Part shown: positions 36,363 to 47,500 of the stretch, in pieces | How the letters are laid out: every line of letters begins with the position of its first letter | How positions within the stretch are numbered: position 1 is the first letter of the stretch | Source: Eubacteriales bacterium | GTDB lineage: Bacteria; Bacillota; Clostridia; Oscillospirales; QAKW01 | Reading direction: 5' to 3' | NCBI GenBank assembly: GCA_045648705.1 | Contig: JAZROO010000024.1 | Location: 1-61,262 of the forward strand | DNA: 61,262 bases | The notes under the pieces: model-generated | Database searches by the model: none | Seen by the model: the letters and a program-made list of their open reading frames with translations, nothing else | What the model was told of the DNA's origin: nothing | Translations under genes and position numbers: made by a program

Positions 36363-37263
36363 AATTGAAAATGAGTTACAGGGTCTTCGTATGGATAAGG
36401 CCCTGCAACTTTTATTGGACGAAAGTAGATCTTATGTTCAAAATTTGTTGACAGATCAAGCCGTTGAGTTAAATGGACTGGTTGCTAAAAAAAGTACGAA
36501 AGTGAACTTGGGAGATACGGTTTCAGTCACTTTGCCTGACCCGGAATTTTTGGATGTTTCTCCCGAGAATATCGATATAGAAATCGTTTATGAGGATGAC
36601 GATTTGCTCGTTGTTAACAAGCAAAAAGGGATGGTTGTTCATCCGGCACCGGGACATTATAACGGTACTCTTGTCAATGCTCTTTTGTATCATTGCGAAG
36701 GTCGACTGTCAACAATTAACGGAGTGGTCAGACCTGGCATTTTACATCGAATTGATAAGGACACCAGTGGGTTGCTTTTAGTTGCAAAAAATGATTTTTC
36801 GCACAATTTTCTTGCTGAGCAGATTAAAGAGCATTCACTTGATCGTTGCTACAGAGCTATCGTTTGGGGTTCGTTTAAAGATGCGGAGGGCATAATTGAT
36901 GCTCCGATTGGCCGTAACCCTAATGATCGAAAAAAGATGGCAATTAATTATCAAAACGGCAAGTGTGCGAAAACACATTATCGTGTTCTTGAAAGCTACG
37001 GCACATATTCTTATATTGAGTGCCGCTTAGAGACGGGACGTACGCACCAAATTCGCGTACATATGGCGTCTATTGGTCATCCGGTATTAAATGACCCGTT
37101 ATATTTTAATGGCACGTGTAAAATGAAATTTGATTTTAAAGGGCAATGTTTGCATGCGCAAAAATTAGGGTTTATACATCCCAAAACCAAGGAGCATTTG
37201 GTGTTTGAATCTAAATTACCGGATTATTTTTCTAAACTATTGACAAAACTAAGAAGTATGTGA
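36343..37263 (+). CDS. rluD: RluA/RluD family pseudouridine synthase
   Basis: S4-like N-terminus, NKQKGMVVHP, HRIDKDTSG, TGRTHQIRVH, LHA; true start ATG 36343 after GAGGA (ORF track overextends it). Confidence 0.93.
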   Translation: MEIKNFKIENELQGLRMDKALQLLLDESRSYVQNLLTDQAVELNGLVAKKSTKVNLGDTVSVTLPDPEFLDVSPENIDIEIVYEDDDLLVVNKQKGMVVHPAPGHYNGTLVNALLYHCEGRLSTINGVVRPGILHRIDKDTSGLLLVAKNDFSHNFLAEQIKEHSLDRCYRAIVWGSFKDAEGIIDAPIGRNPNDRKKMAINYQNGKCAKTHYRVLESYGTYSYIECRLETGRTHQIRVHMASIGHPVLNDPLYFNGTCKMKFDFKGQCLHAQKLGFIHPKTKEHLVFESKLPDYFSKLLTKLRSM

Positions 37264-37269
37264 TAGTAT
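37240..37269 (+). promoter_or_regulatory. Sigma-A promoter for riboswitch-thiT, overlapping the rluD 3' end
   Basis: TTGACA-18-TAGTAT with an extended TG. Confidence 0.55.
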
Positions 37270-37285
37270 TATCGCATACTCGAGT

Positions 37286-37398
37286 AAAAAATTATAAAAA
37301 TGGGGCGCTAAGAATTGACTTGGCTGAGAGAAGTGTATTTCACTGAAACCCTTAACCTGATGCAGATAATGCTGCCGTAGGAAAATACTTGTATTTTT
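37286..37398 (+). promoter_or_regulatory. TPP (THI-box) riboswitch
   Basis: GGGGCGC...GGCTGAGA...ACCC..AACCTGATGCAGATAATGCTGCCGTAGGAA consensus elements; ends approximate; upstream of a thiamine S-component. Confidence 0.93.
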
Positions 37399-37432
37399 GT
37401 CCTGTGCGCATTATTTGTGCACAGGACTTTTT
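37399..37432 (+). terminator. Riboswitch expression-platform terminator
   Basis: GTCCTGTGCGCA-ttatt-TGTGCACAGGAC-TTTTT between the aptamer and the RBS. Confidence 0.85.
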
Positions 37433-37450
37433 GATTTTGGAGGAAAATTT

Positions 37451-38257
37451 ATGAAAAATAAAAAAGTGTTGCCTTTGATTGAAGGCGCAGTCATGGTGGC
37501 TTTAGCCATGATTTTAAGTTTAATAACTGTTATTAAAATGCCTTTTGGCGGCGGAATCACAGCTGCTTCAATGGTTCCCATCATAATCGTCAGTTATCGC
37601 AGGAAGGTAAAATGGGGCATTTTAGTTGCTTTTGTTTATGGTGTTTTACAATTGATTTTGGGGATGGGTAATCTCCAGTATGCAACATCATTTGCTGCGG
37701 TTTGTACTATTATTTTCTTTGATTATATTATTGCTTTTTCTGTTCTGGGTTTATCCGGAATATTTCAAAACTCTTTTAAATCGCAGGCAACAGGAATTGC
37801 TTTAGGCGCTTTATTGTCATGCCTTTTACGGTTTATATGTCATTTTATTTCCGGCTGTACAGTCTGGGCGGGTGTTTCTATTCCGACGTCAGATGGGATG
37901 ATATATTCGCTCGTATATAACGCGGCTTATATGATACCGGAAGCCATAATTACTGTTGTTGCGGTATGGTATTTGGCAAGTGTAATTGATTTTCGTTCTG
38001 AAAAAATATCTGTTCACGGAATACAAACGAAAAACAAAACAGCAATTATAATACAAAATTCCGGCACATTAATACTCGTCTCAGCCGTTCTTTTTGATGC
38101 AATTTATTTGTTTCACAGTATACAAAATGAAGATGGTTTTGATATTTCAGGCATCTTTAATATTAATCCTGCCATTCTGTTTGGCGTTTTGGGCGCTTCA
38201 ATTGTTTTATTTACGGCTGCATTTGTTGTCAGTCGAAAAATTAAAAGCAAGGCTTAA
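37451..38257 (+). CDS. thiT: ECF S-component thiamine transporter ThiT with C-terminal extension
   Basis: LIEGAVMVALA, MPFGGGIT, FFDYIIAF, RFICHFISG..VW, SLVYNAAYMIPE; TPP riboswitch upstream; ATG 37451. Confidence 0.88.
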   Translation: MKNKKVLPLIEGAVMVALAMILSLITVIKMPFGGGITAASMVPIIIVSYRRKVKWGILVAFVYGVLQLILGMGNLQYATSFAAVCTIIFFDYIIAFSVLGLSGIFQNSFKSQATGIALGALLSCLLRFICHFISGCTVWAGVSIPTSDGMIYSLVYNAAYMIPEAIITVVAVWYLASVIDFRSEKISVHGIQTKNKTAIIIQNSGTLILVSAVLFDAIYLFHSIQNEDGFDISGIFNINPAILFGVLGASIVLFTAAFVVSRKIKSKA

Positions 38258-38272
38258 TTGCCTTGCTTTTTT
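38243..38272 (+). terminator. Terminator after thiT
   Basis: AAAAGCAAGGC-ttaatt-GCCTTGCTTTTTT. Confidence 0.85.
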
Positions 38273-38312
38273 AATTTATCAGTAAATTTATTATAAAAAT
38301 TTAATAATTCTA

Positions 38313-38341
38313 TTTACAAATTAACTTTTTTTTAATATTAT
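38313..38341 (+). promoter_or_regulatory. Sigma-A promoter of the pyrH operon
   Basis: TTTACA-17-TATTAT in an AT-rich intergenic region. Confidence 0.6.
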
Positions 38342-38410
38342 TATATATAGAATAAGATGTGAAAGTATGGTTTGTTGCAAAAATTAAAACAGGTGAAAGG
38401 AAAGCAAGTT

Positions 38411-39127
38411 ATGTCTGATTTGAAGTACAAACGAATTCTGTTAAAACTGAGCGGAGAAGCATTGGCCAATGGTAAGCCGATGGGAATTGACTTTGATAAT
38501 GTGTTGACGGTTTGTCAAAAAATCAAAGTATGTAAAGAAATGGGAGCCGATATTGCCATTGTTGTTGGTGGCGGAAACTATTGGCGTGGAAGAAGCAATC
38601 AGTATATGGATCGTACTCGTGCCGACCATATTGGTATGCTTGCGACAACTATGAATGCCCTGGCTATTCAAGATGCTTTTTGTCAACTTGGTGTTCCCTC
38701 AAGAGTTCAAACGGCAATTGAAATGCGTCAAATAGCCGAACCCTATATTCGCAATAAAGCTGTGAGACATTTGGAAAAGGGAAGAATTGTTATTTTTGGT
38801 TGTGGAACCGGTAATCCGTTCTTTTCAACCGATACAGCAGCTGCCCTTCGTGCCGCAGAAATTAATGCTGACGTAATATTTAAAGCAACAAACGTGGATG
38901 GCGTTTATACAGATGACCCCAAGAAGAATCCGAATGCCAAGCGTTATGACAATCTTTCACTTGATGAAATGCTTGCCAAAGACCTTCATGTTTTAGATGG
39001 CGCTGCCACCGCAATTTGCCGTGACAATGGCATACCGATTTATGTTTTTGATATGTCAGACCCTGAAAATATTATTCGTGCCGTTCGGGGCGACAATATA
39101 GGCACACTTGTAGCAAAGGAGTTTTAA
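38411..39127 (+). CDS. pyrH: UMP kinase
   Basis: [40 protein letters not shown]. Confidence 0.97.
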   Translation: MSDLKYKRILLKLSGEALANGKPMGIDFDNVLTVCQKIKVCKEMGADIAIVVGGGNYWRGRSNQYMDRTRADHIGMLATTMNALAIQDAFCQLGVPSRVQTAIEMRQIAEPYIRNKAVRHLEKGRIVIFGCGTGNPFFSTDTAAALRAAEINADVIFKATNVDGVYTDDPKKNPNAKRYDNLSLDEMLAKDLHVLDGAATAICRDNGIPIYVFDMSDPENIIRAVRGDNIGTLVAKEF

Positions 39128-39130
39128 GTT

Positions 39131-39682
39131 ATGAGTAAGTATCAAGAATTCGAAACAAAGATGCAAAAAACCATTCAGGTGCTTGAAAGAGATTTCGGCA
39201 GTCTTCGTGCAGGCAGAGCCAATGCCGCAGTGTTGGATCGTATTACTGTAGAATATTACGGAACACCCACACCGCTCAATCAGGTTGCCGCTATTTCAGT
39301 TCCCGAGCCTCGCATTTTGGCAATTCAACCTTGGGATTCCTCTCTTGTAAAACCCATTGAAAAAGCAATTCTTGCTTCTGATATTGGTATTACACCCAAT
39401 TCTGATGATAAATTAGTTCGTCTTGTATTTCCGCAACCTACAGAGGAAAGACGTAAGGAATTGGCAAAGGACGTAAAAAGATTCGGTGAAGATAGTAAAG
39501 TTGCAATCCGCGCTGTTCGCAGAGATGCACTTGAAAAATTCAAAAAGATGCAAAAAGCAAGTGAAATCACCGAGGATGAATTAAAGACTGCTGAAAACGA
39601 TATCCAAAAATTAACTGACAAGTATTGCAAGGATATCGACACTATGGTTTCTGAAAAAGAAAAAGAGATTATGTCTGTATAA
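39131..39682 (+). CDS. frr: Ribosome recycling factor
   Basis: LRAGRAN, YYGTPTPL, TEERRKEL, KEKEIM. Confidence 0.97.
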   Translation: MSKYQEFETKMQKTIQVLERDFGSLRAGRANAAVLDRITVEYYGTPTPLNQVAAISVPEPRILAIQPWDSSLVKPIEKAILASDIGITPNSDDKLVRLVFPQPTEERRKELAKDVKRFGEDSKVAIRAVRRDALEKFKKMQKASEITEDELKTAENDIQKLTDKYCKDIDTMVSEKEKEIMSV

Positions 39683-39702
39683 TTTAATGCTTTGAGGTAT
39701 TT

Positions 39703-40446
39703 ATGAATTGGTTTTTCAGTAAAAAGGAAAAAGTAACAATTGATAAAAATAACTTGCCAAAACATGTTGGCATTATTATGGATGGAAATGGTCGATGGGC
39801 AACTAAAAGAGGGTTGCCCCGTACCGCCGGTCATGCCGCCGGCATTAAAACTTTTAAAAATATTTCTATCTATGCCAAGGAACTCGGGTTGGAACAAGTT
39901 ACGTTTTATGCCTTTTCTACTGAAAACTGGAAAAGACCCAAAGATGAAATTGACAGAATTATGCTCTTGCTTGACGAATATGTTGAAGAGGGCCTTAGGG
40001 AATATGAAAAGCGGCAAGTAAGAGTTCGCTTCATTGGTGATTTATCACCGATAGCGCCGTCGATGGTTGAAAAAATTCGCAAATTGGAACAACTGACAGA
40101 ACAGTATGCACCAAAAACGCTAAACATTGCTTTAAATTATGGCGGCCGTAAGGAAATTGCTGATGGAGTAAAAAAAATTGCCACCTTGGTTAAAGACGGC
40201 AAAATTGAACCGAGTCAGATTGATGAAAATCTCATATCGGAATTTTTGTATTTTGAAGATCTTTCTGAATGCGATTTAATTATTCGTCCCAGTGGTGAAT
40301 ATCGATTGTCAAATTTTTTACTATGGCAAAGTGCATATAGTGAATTTTGGTTTGATGATATTTTATGGCCTGATTTTAAGGCTGCTGATCTTGACCGAGC
40401 AATTTTTTATTATCAAAAAAGACAAAGGAGATTTGGCGCAATATGA
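39703..40446 (+). CDS. uppS: Undecaprenyl diphosphate synthase
   Basis: HVGIIMDGNGRWA, FSTENWKRP, NYGGR, RPSGEYRLSNFLLWQ. Confidence 0.97.
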   Translation: MNWFFSKKEKVTIDKNNLPKHVGIIMDGNGRWATKRGLPRTAGHAAGIKTFKNISIYAKELGLEQVTFYAFSTENWKRPKDEIDRIMLLLDEYVEEGLREYEKRQVRVRFIGDLSPIAPSMVEKIRKLEQLTEQYAPKTLNIALNYGGRKEIADGVKKIATLVKDGKIEPSQIDENLISEFLYFEDLSECDLIIRPSGEYRLSNFLLWQSAYSEFWFDDILWPDFKAADLDRAIFYYQKRQRRFGAI

Positions 40447-41297
40447 AACAAAACATTTTGACAAGATTTTATACCAGTTTGATTATATTTGCCGTTTTTG
40501 TTCTCATATTTGTTACCTCATTTGTATCCCCGATATTTGAAATTACAATTTCATTACTTGCATGTTTTTGTATTTGGGAAGCAATTCGCGGAACCGGATA
40601 TGCAGAAAAGAAAATATTTATTGTGCCAAGTTTGTTATTTGGGGCATTGAATCCTTTGATGTTTGCGTTTAAGCCATATATTATCCCTAACCGCAGTGCG
40701 TGGTATGGTATTATTATACTTTCGTTTTTATATTGCATGGTTTCATTTTTGCTTATGATGTGCAATATGAAAACATTAAAATTTAATAATACGACAGCAA
40801 TTATGTTTCTCTCATTAACCATTTCCTCTTTTATATCTTGTATCATATACATTCGTCGCTTGGAGCATGGCTTTATTTATATGATTCTTGCGATTGTTTG
40901 TTGTGCGTGGATAACAGATATTTTTGCCTATTTGGTTGGAATTATGGTAGGTAAACATAGATTTGCACCGCTGGTAAGTCCCAAGAAAACAATAGAAGGT
41001 TCATTGGGCGGCGCTATATTCTGTATTGGATTTTTCTGCTTATTTATTTTCATTTATCAGTTGATACAAGACGTTCGCGTAAATTGGACTTTGGCAATTT
41101 TATATTCGTTTATTTGCACTATTGTCGGTCAGATCGGCGATTTGTCTTTTTCCATGATCAAACGTTCATATGGTATTAAGGATTTTGGTAGTATTTTGCC
41201 CGGTCACGGCGGTGTTCTTGACCGTTTGGATTCTTTAATATTTATTGCACCTACATTTTATTTGTTGCTGAGCATTCAGCCGATTATATTGCCATGA
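40443..41297 (+). CDS. cdsA: Phosphatidate cytidylyltransferase
   Basis: TDIFAY, SPKKTIEG, KDFGSILPGHGGVLDRLDS. Confidence 0.96.
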   Translation: MKQNILTRFYTSLIIFAVFVLIFVTSFVSPIFEITISLLACFCIWEAIRGTGYAEKKIFIVPSLLFGALNPLMFAFKPYIIPNRSAWYGIIILSFLYCMVSFLLMMCNMKTLKFNNTTAIMFLSLTISSFISCIIYIRRLEHGFIYMILAIVCCAWITDIFAYLVGIMVGKHRFAPLVSPKKTIEGSLGGAIFCIGFFCLFIFIYQLIQDVRVNWTLAILYSFICTIVGQIGDLSFSMIKRSYGIKDFGSILPGHGGVLDRLDSLIFIAPTFYLLLSIQPIILP

Positions 41298-42466
41298 AAA
41301 CAATTTCAATTTTAGGAAGCACAGGTTCAATCGGAACACAAGCGCTTGCGGTTATTCGTCGTCTCGGATATTCCGTAGGCGCTTTAAGTGCTTATAAAAA
41401 CATAGATTTACTTGAAAAACAGGTACGAGAATTTCGTCCCAAATTAGTTTCGGTTTATTCTGAAGAATTAGCCAAGCAGCTAAAAGAGCGTATTTCGGAT
41501 ACGAATACAATTGTTGCTGCGGGGCAGGAAGGTAACTGCGCTGTTGCGACGTTGCCGGAGGCTGATATTGTTTTAACATCAATGGTTGGAATGATTGGCC
41601 TTGTACCGACTTTGGCAGCCATTGAAGCAGGTAAGGACATTGCACTTGCTAACAAAGAAACTTTGGTTTGCGCAGGGCAACTGATAATGAAACGTGCTGC
41701 TGAAAAAGGCTGCCGCATTTTGCCCGTTGATAGTGAACATAGCGCAATTTTTCAATGTTTGCAGCAAAGTGAGCATAATAAACTTGAAAGCATTTTGCTC
41801 ACAGCATCCGGCGGACCGTTTAGAAATTATACCAAAGAACGCCTTTATTCTGTCACCAAAGAGCAAGCCCTTAAACATCCAAACTGGTCAATGGGGGCAA
41901 AAATAACCGTGGACAGTGCCACGATGATGAATAAAGGTCTTGAGGTAATTGAAGCTAAATGGTTATTTGATGTTTCGCCGGAGCAAATTAAGGTCGTTGT
42001 TCATCCTGAAAGCATCGTTCATTCAATGGTTGAATTTGAGGACCATGCAGTTTTAGCTCAGCTTGGTGTGCCGAGTATGGAAATACCCATTCAGTATGCT
42101 TTTACTTATCCCAAAAGAACCCCGACGCCAAGTGATCAACTGGGATTAAATATTTTTGGGAAAACACTTCATTTTGAAGATGTTGATACAAACGTTTTTC
42201 GTTGTTTGGGTGTTTGCAGGGAAGCGCTTGTTAAGGGTGGACTGTTTCCTGCAGCAGTTAATGCTGCAAATGAGCAGGCGGTGTCATTATTTTTGGAAGA
42301 CAAAATTGCTTTTTGGCAGATTAGTGAAATCGTTGATGAATGTTTTCATACATTTTCAAACGATACGCAAGAATATACTTTACAAGATGTTATTCAAACA
42401 GACGCTTGGGCACGTGATTTTGTAAAGTGCAAATTCGGTCGGGAGGAATTATGCAAACATTCATAA
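41294..42466 (+). CDS. dxr: 1-deoxy-D-xylulose 5-phosphate reductoisomerase
   Basis: GSTGSIG, LANKETLV, PVDSEH, HPNWSMG, NKGLEVIEA. Confidence 0.97.
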   Translation: MKTISILGSTGSIGTQALAVIRRLGYSVGALSAYKNIDLLEKQVREFRPKLVSVYSEELAKQLKERISDTNTIVAAGQEGNCAVATLPEADIVLTSMVGMIGLVPTLAAIEAGKDIALANKETLVCAGQLIMKRAAEKGCRILPVDSEHSAIFQCLQQSEHNKLESILLTASGGPFRNYTKERLYSVTKEQALKHPNWSMGAKITVDSATMMNKGLEVIEAKWLFDVSPEQIKVVVHPESIVHSMVEFEDHAVLAQLGVPSMEIPIQYAFTYPKRTPTPSDQLGLNIFGKTLHFEDVDTNVFRCLGVCREALVKGGLFPAAVNAANEQAVSLFLEDKIAFWQISEIVDECFHTFSNDTQEYTLQDVIQTDAWARDFVKCKFGREELCKHS

Positions 42467-43500
42467 CCATTGTAATTACCGTTCTCTTATTTGGTGTTTT
42501 GATTTTAGTTCATGAATTGGGCCATTTTTTGACAGCACGTTGGGCTAAGGTTAAAATCAATGAATTTGCAATCGGAATGGGACCTACGTTGTTTAAAAAG
42601 CAAGGTAAAGAAACGCTTTATTCTTTACGTGCTTTTCCGATTGGCGGCTTTGTTCAAATGGATGGTGAAGATGGTAACGGTGTCGACCCGAATTCGTTTA
42701 ATAATAAGCCAAAGTGGAAACGTTTTATTATTTTGGTGGCCGGTGCATTTAACAACCTAGTGTTTGGCTTTTTGCTTAGTTGTATTGTTTATGGTTTGCT
42801 TGCAGGGTGGACGATGTTTCCAACAACCATAATTGCAGAATTCCATGAAGATGCTGTTTCTTCCCAAGATGGTTTGCAAGTAAATGATCAAATTCACTCG
42901 ATAGATGGTTACCGTATTTACACGTATAATGATCTTGGTTATGCTTGTACCAAAAACGGCACCGAACCGCTTTCTATTGAGGTAATACGCAATGGCAAAA
43001 AAACTTTAGTTGAAAATGTTTCTTTTAAGGTAGACTCAACAAAATATACAGGGGATTATTTTTCTCTTGATTTTGCAGTATACGGGTCTAAAAAGACGAT
43101 TATCTCTACTTTGAAATATTCTTTTAACAGCACAATCTCTCTTTCACGCTCCATCTATTCATTCTTTGGATCACTGTTTACCGGTCAAGCCAACATTAAA
43201 AACGTGAGTGGTCCTATTGGAACAACACAAATGATTGGTGAGGCAGTTGCTGATAATTTTTCAATTGATTTTGCCTCGTTGTTTTTAATGATGTCAATGA
43301 TTTCAATCAATTTAGGTGTCGTTAATTTGTTGCCGTTTCCTGCTTTGGATGGCGGCAGGATTACAGTGCTCTTATATGAAACGATTTTTAGAAAAAAGAT
43401 GAGTGAAAAAATAGAGGTTGCAATCAATTTAATTGGTTTTGGCATTTTGATGATTTTGATGCTGCTTATATGTGTTAAGGACGTTATTCAATTATTTTAG
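42451..43500 (+). CDS. rseP: Site-2 intramembrane zinc protease RseP/RasP
   Basis: HELGH, PIGGFVQM, PDZ segment, NLLPFPALDGG; ATG 42451 after GGGAGG. Confidence 0.95.
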   Translation: MQTFITIVITVLLFGVLILVHELGHFLTARWAKVKINEFAIGMGPTLFKKQGKETLYSLRAFPIGGFVQMDGEDGNGVDPNSFNNKPKWKRFIILVAGAFNNLVFGFLLSCIVYGLLAGWTMFPTTIIAEFHEDAVSSQDGLQVNDQIHSIDGYRIYTYNDLGYACTKNGTEPLSIEVIRNGKKTLVENVSFKVDSTKYTGDYFSLDFAVYGSKKTIISTLKYSFNSTISLSRSIYSFFGSLFTGQANIKNVSGPIGTTQMIGEAVADNFSIDFASLFLMMSMISINLGVVNLLPFPALDGGRITVLLYETIFRKKMSEKIEVAINLIGFGILMILMLLICVKDVIQLF

Positions 43501-43509
43501 GAGTAACAA

Positions 43510-44544
43510 ATGGATAAAATACAGATTGGTAATTTGCAAATAGGAAAGAATTGTCCGATTTTAATACAATCGATGCTTTCAACTCCAAACGGCGATGTTC
43601 AAGCTGCTCTTGAACAAGCTAAGGCATTAGAATATGCAGGGTGTCACGTTTTGCGTTTGGCAGTGCCTGATGAACAGGCATTACCTGTTATAGAAGCGTT
43701 GAAAAAAAATACAAAAATGCCAATCGTAGCTGATATTCATTTTGATTATAAACTTGCTTTGGCATCGGTTGACGCCGGTGTTGATAAAATCAGGATTAAT
43801 CCCGGAAACATTGGTTCTAATGCGGCAATTGAAGCTGTAGCACTTAAGTGCAAGGAAAACAACATACCGATTCGTATTGGTGTTAACGGTGGCTCTCTTG
43901 AAAAAAATATTTTGAAAAAATATGGTGCACCTACCGCTGAAGCCTTGGTGGAAAGCGCATTATATCACGCTGCTTTGCTGGAGCAATTTGATTTTCATAA
44001 TATCGTTGTTTCGATGAAGTCGTCTGATGTGGCAAATATGGTTCGAGCATATCGTATGTTGGCTCAAGAAAAGGATTATTTGCTGCATATTGGCGTTACG
44101 GAAGCAGGACCCGGCAAACGCGGTTTAGTAAAAAATGCTATTGGTATCGGGGCGCTTTTGTTAGATGGGATCGGCAACACAATTCGTGTTTCGCTCACTG
44201 ATGATCCCATTGAGGAAATTTATGCTGCAAAGCAAATTTTGGGTAGCCTTGGGCTTCTTGCCAACGAGCCGCAACTAATTTCTTGTCCCACATGCGGACG
44301 AACAAAAATTGATTTAATTTCTCTTGCCAATGAGGTTGAACAATTACTTAAAAATGTTCATAAGCCTATAAAAGTTGCAGTAATGGGCTGTGTTGTAAAT
44401 GGCCCGGGCGAAGCAAGAGAGGCGGATATCGGAGTGGCCGGCGGTGACGGTGTTGGACTGATCTTTAAGCATGGTGAGCCACTTTGTAAAGTACCGTATG
44501 ATAAAATTTTAGAGCAATTAAAATGCGAGATAGATAAACTATAA
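43510..44544 (+). CDS. ispG: HMBPP synthase (MEP pathway)
   Basis: IQSM, ADIHFD, RINPGN, HIGVTEAG, CPTCGRT, GCVVNGPGEA. Confidence 0.97.
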   Translation: MDKIQIGNLQIGKNCPILIQSMLSTPNGDVQAALEQAKALEYAGCHVLRLAVPDEQALPVIEALKKNTKMPIVADIHFDYKLALASVDAGVDKIRINPGNIGSNAAIEAVALKCKENNIPIRIGVNGGSLEKNILKKYGAPTAEALVESALYHAALLEQFDFHNIVVSMKSSDVANMVRAYRMLAQEKDYLLHIGVTEAGPGKRGLVKNAIGIGALLLDGIGNTIRVSLTDDPIEEIYAAKQILGSLGLLANEPQLISCPTCGRTKIDLISLANEVEQLLKNVHKPIKVAVMGCVVNGPGEAREADIGVAGGDGVGLIFKHGEPLCKVPYDKILEQLKCEIDKL

Positions 44545-44554
44545 CGGAGGAAAC

Positions 44555-47500
44555 ATGGCGGATAGACTTTTCTTTGAACTATTTAATAAACTGAATAAGC
44601 AAGACTATCCGGAGGCTTTCCTTTCTGCAAAAGTCTGTGATGTTAAAATTCAACGCGAAAAGCGTATTTTAATAGGCGATTTGGTTTTGGATGAGTTTGT
44701 TCCGTATGAGATTATTGAAAACGTATGCGGTGCAATTAGTCGTATTTATCAATTATCTCAGCTCTCTTTATCTACACACTATGTGGGAGTCGAGTTTACT
44801 TTAGATAAATGGAACAGTGTGGTTGGATTTATTTGTAATTCCAATCGCAATTGTAATGGTATTTTTAAAGACAGTCATATCGAATTGAACGAAAATGAAT
44901 TGATTGTTCATCTTGTTCATGGCGGACTTTCTATTATAAAAATGCAAAAGCTTGATGAAGAAATTATAAAATTGATTTCTTCTTGGTTTGGAAAAAAATA
45001 TCAGATTTCGTTTGTCGGAGTGACCGAGGTAACTGAAGAACAAAATGAACTTGAAAACATTCCGTTGCCCGAACCGCCCCCACCGATGCAAACTCCTGCC
45101 CCCAGAAAAAGTGTTGAAGTGCCTACACAGGCGCCCGTCAGAAGAAGGGCAGAGCCTATTGATCCCGCTATGACTTTTTCTTTGAAAGATTTACCTTTTG
45201 ATCTTTCGGATGCGGCGATCTTTAAAGGTAAGAAAATCGGAAATACGTTTGTCAGATTGTCAAACCTTAACGATGATAGCGGTCGTGTCAGTGTGGTTGG
45301 TGAGATATTTTACTTTGATTCAAGACCGACGTGGGATAAGACCAATGTCAGAGCGACTGTATATATTACCGACCAAACAGGCTCTTTTGTTATTAAATTC
45401 ATGGATAGTGCCGCGAATTTTGAGCAGTATGCTGATTCTTTGGGCGTTGGCAAATGCATTGCTGTCAGCGGTGAAATTATTTATGACAAATATGAAGAAG
45501 ATATTGTTTTACGTGCTAATGCTATAGCTTCTGTTAAGAAAAAGAAACTTGTGGATCCTTGTGAGAAAAAGCGCGTAGAACTTCATTTACATACTAAAAT
45601 GTCTTCAATGGACGCCACTAATGATATTGGTGACTTTGTTAAACGCGCGGCAGATTGGGGACACAAAGCAATTGCCATAACAGACCATGGTAATGTTCAG
45701 GCATTTCCGCAGGCTGCTGCTGCAGGTGAAAAATACGGCGTTAAAATTGTGTATGGTATGGAAGGTTATCTTATCAATGATTTGACCTCAGCCATCGCTT
45801 TTGGTGACCACGAACAAACGTTTGAGGACACTTTTGTTGTGTTTGATATTGAGACGACAGGGCTTTCAGCTGCAGTTAACAGAGTAACAGAAATTGGCGC
45901 AGTTAAAATTGTTAACGGTCAAGTATGCGAAGAGTTTCAAACTTTTGTAAATCCTGAATGCGAGATTCCGCAAAATATCACTGAACTGACGGGTATTACA
46001 GGTGATATGGTTGCTGATGCTCCGACGTTTGAACAGGCATTTGATGCCTTTTGCGAATTTTGCGGTAAGGACGTCGTACTTGTTGCGCATAATGCAAGTT
46101 TTGATGTCGGATTTATGCGTGCAGGAGCAGAACGCATCGGAAAACAATTTGATTATACATATTTGGATACCGTTCCAATGTGTCGCTATGTTTTCCCAGA
46201 TATGCGTTCAGTGAAGTTGGATCTGGTGGCAAAACGTATCCATTTACCTGCATTTAATCATCACCGAGCGGTAGATGATGCAAAAACGCTTGGTGCCATT
46301 TTGCTGCACATTTTTGACTTTTTGAAGCAAAAAGATAAGATGAATACACTTGCTGATATTCGTAATCAAATCAATAAAGTCGATTATAAAAGCAAAAACA
46401 CTAAATATAACCACGTAATCATATTGGTTAAAAATAAGATCGGTCTTAAAAATCTTTATAAGCTTGTAACCAAGTCAAGTATAGAACATTTTCATAAAAG
46501 ACCGTTGATATTTAAAAGCGAACTTGCTTCTTTAAGAGAAGGATTAATAATTGGCAGCGCCTGTGAAGCAGGCGAGGTTTTCCGCGCTGTTTTGAGTGGC
46601 GCCACAACCGAGCAACTCAATGAATTAGCTGATTTTTATGATTTTCTTGAGGTCCAACCTTTAGGAAACAACCAGTATATGTTGCGTAATGGAATGGCTT
46701 CCAGTGTTGAAACTTTGCGCGATTTCAATCGCAAGATTATTGCTCTTGGAGACCATCTCGGTAAGCCTGTTTGCGCAACTTGTGACGCACACTTTTTGAA
46801 TAAAGATGACGAGGTGTTTCGTCGTATTCTTCAAGCAGGTCAGGGCTATCCTGATGCTGATGAGCAACCGCCTTTGTATTTTAGAAATACCAAGGAAATG
46901 CTTGAGGAATTTGATTATTTGGATGCACAAAAAGCCGAGGAAATCGTTATTACCAATCCCAATATGATTGCGGATCTTTGTGAAGAGATTATTCCAATTC
47001 CCACAGGTATGTATCCTCCTATTATTGAGGGTTGCGAGGATGAACTTAGAGATATTGCATATCAAAACGCCAAAAGAATATATGGCGATCCTATACCCGA
47101 AAAGGTTTTGACCCGTATGGAGCGTGAACTTGATGCTATTATCGGAAACGGGTTTGCGGTTATGTATATGATATCGCAAAAATTGGTTAAGAAATCCAAT
47201 GACGATGGCTATTTTGTTGGTTCTCGTGGTTCGGTTGGCTCGTCTTTTGCGGCTAACATTGTAGGTATATCAGAAGTTAATCCTTTGCCACCGCACTATC
47301 TTTGCCCTGAATGCAAGTATATGGAGTGGTTTGACGATGGATCGGTAGGTTCAGGATTTGACTTGCCGTCTAAGCAATGCCCCAAGTGCGGTACTCAACT
47401 TTCTTGTGACGGTCATGATATTCCTTTTGAAACATTTCTTGGCTTTAAGGGAGATAAAGTTCCTGATATTGACCTTAATTTTTCGGGTGTATATCAACCT

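Noticed and set aside
39325-40017. 230-aa antisense ORF across frr/uppS
   Set aside because: Shadow of two essential genes; no family features. The same applies to the other short antisense or alternate-frame ORFs in the track (e.g. 46661-47179, 47351-47812).
45055-45150. Pro-rich stretch in PolC (IPLPEPPPPMQTPAP)
   Set aside because: Falls in the variable linker between the N-terminal domain and the OB fold; PolC length is normal and there is no intein signature.
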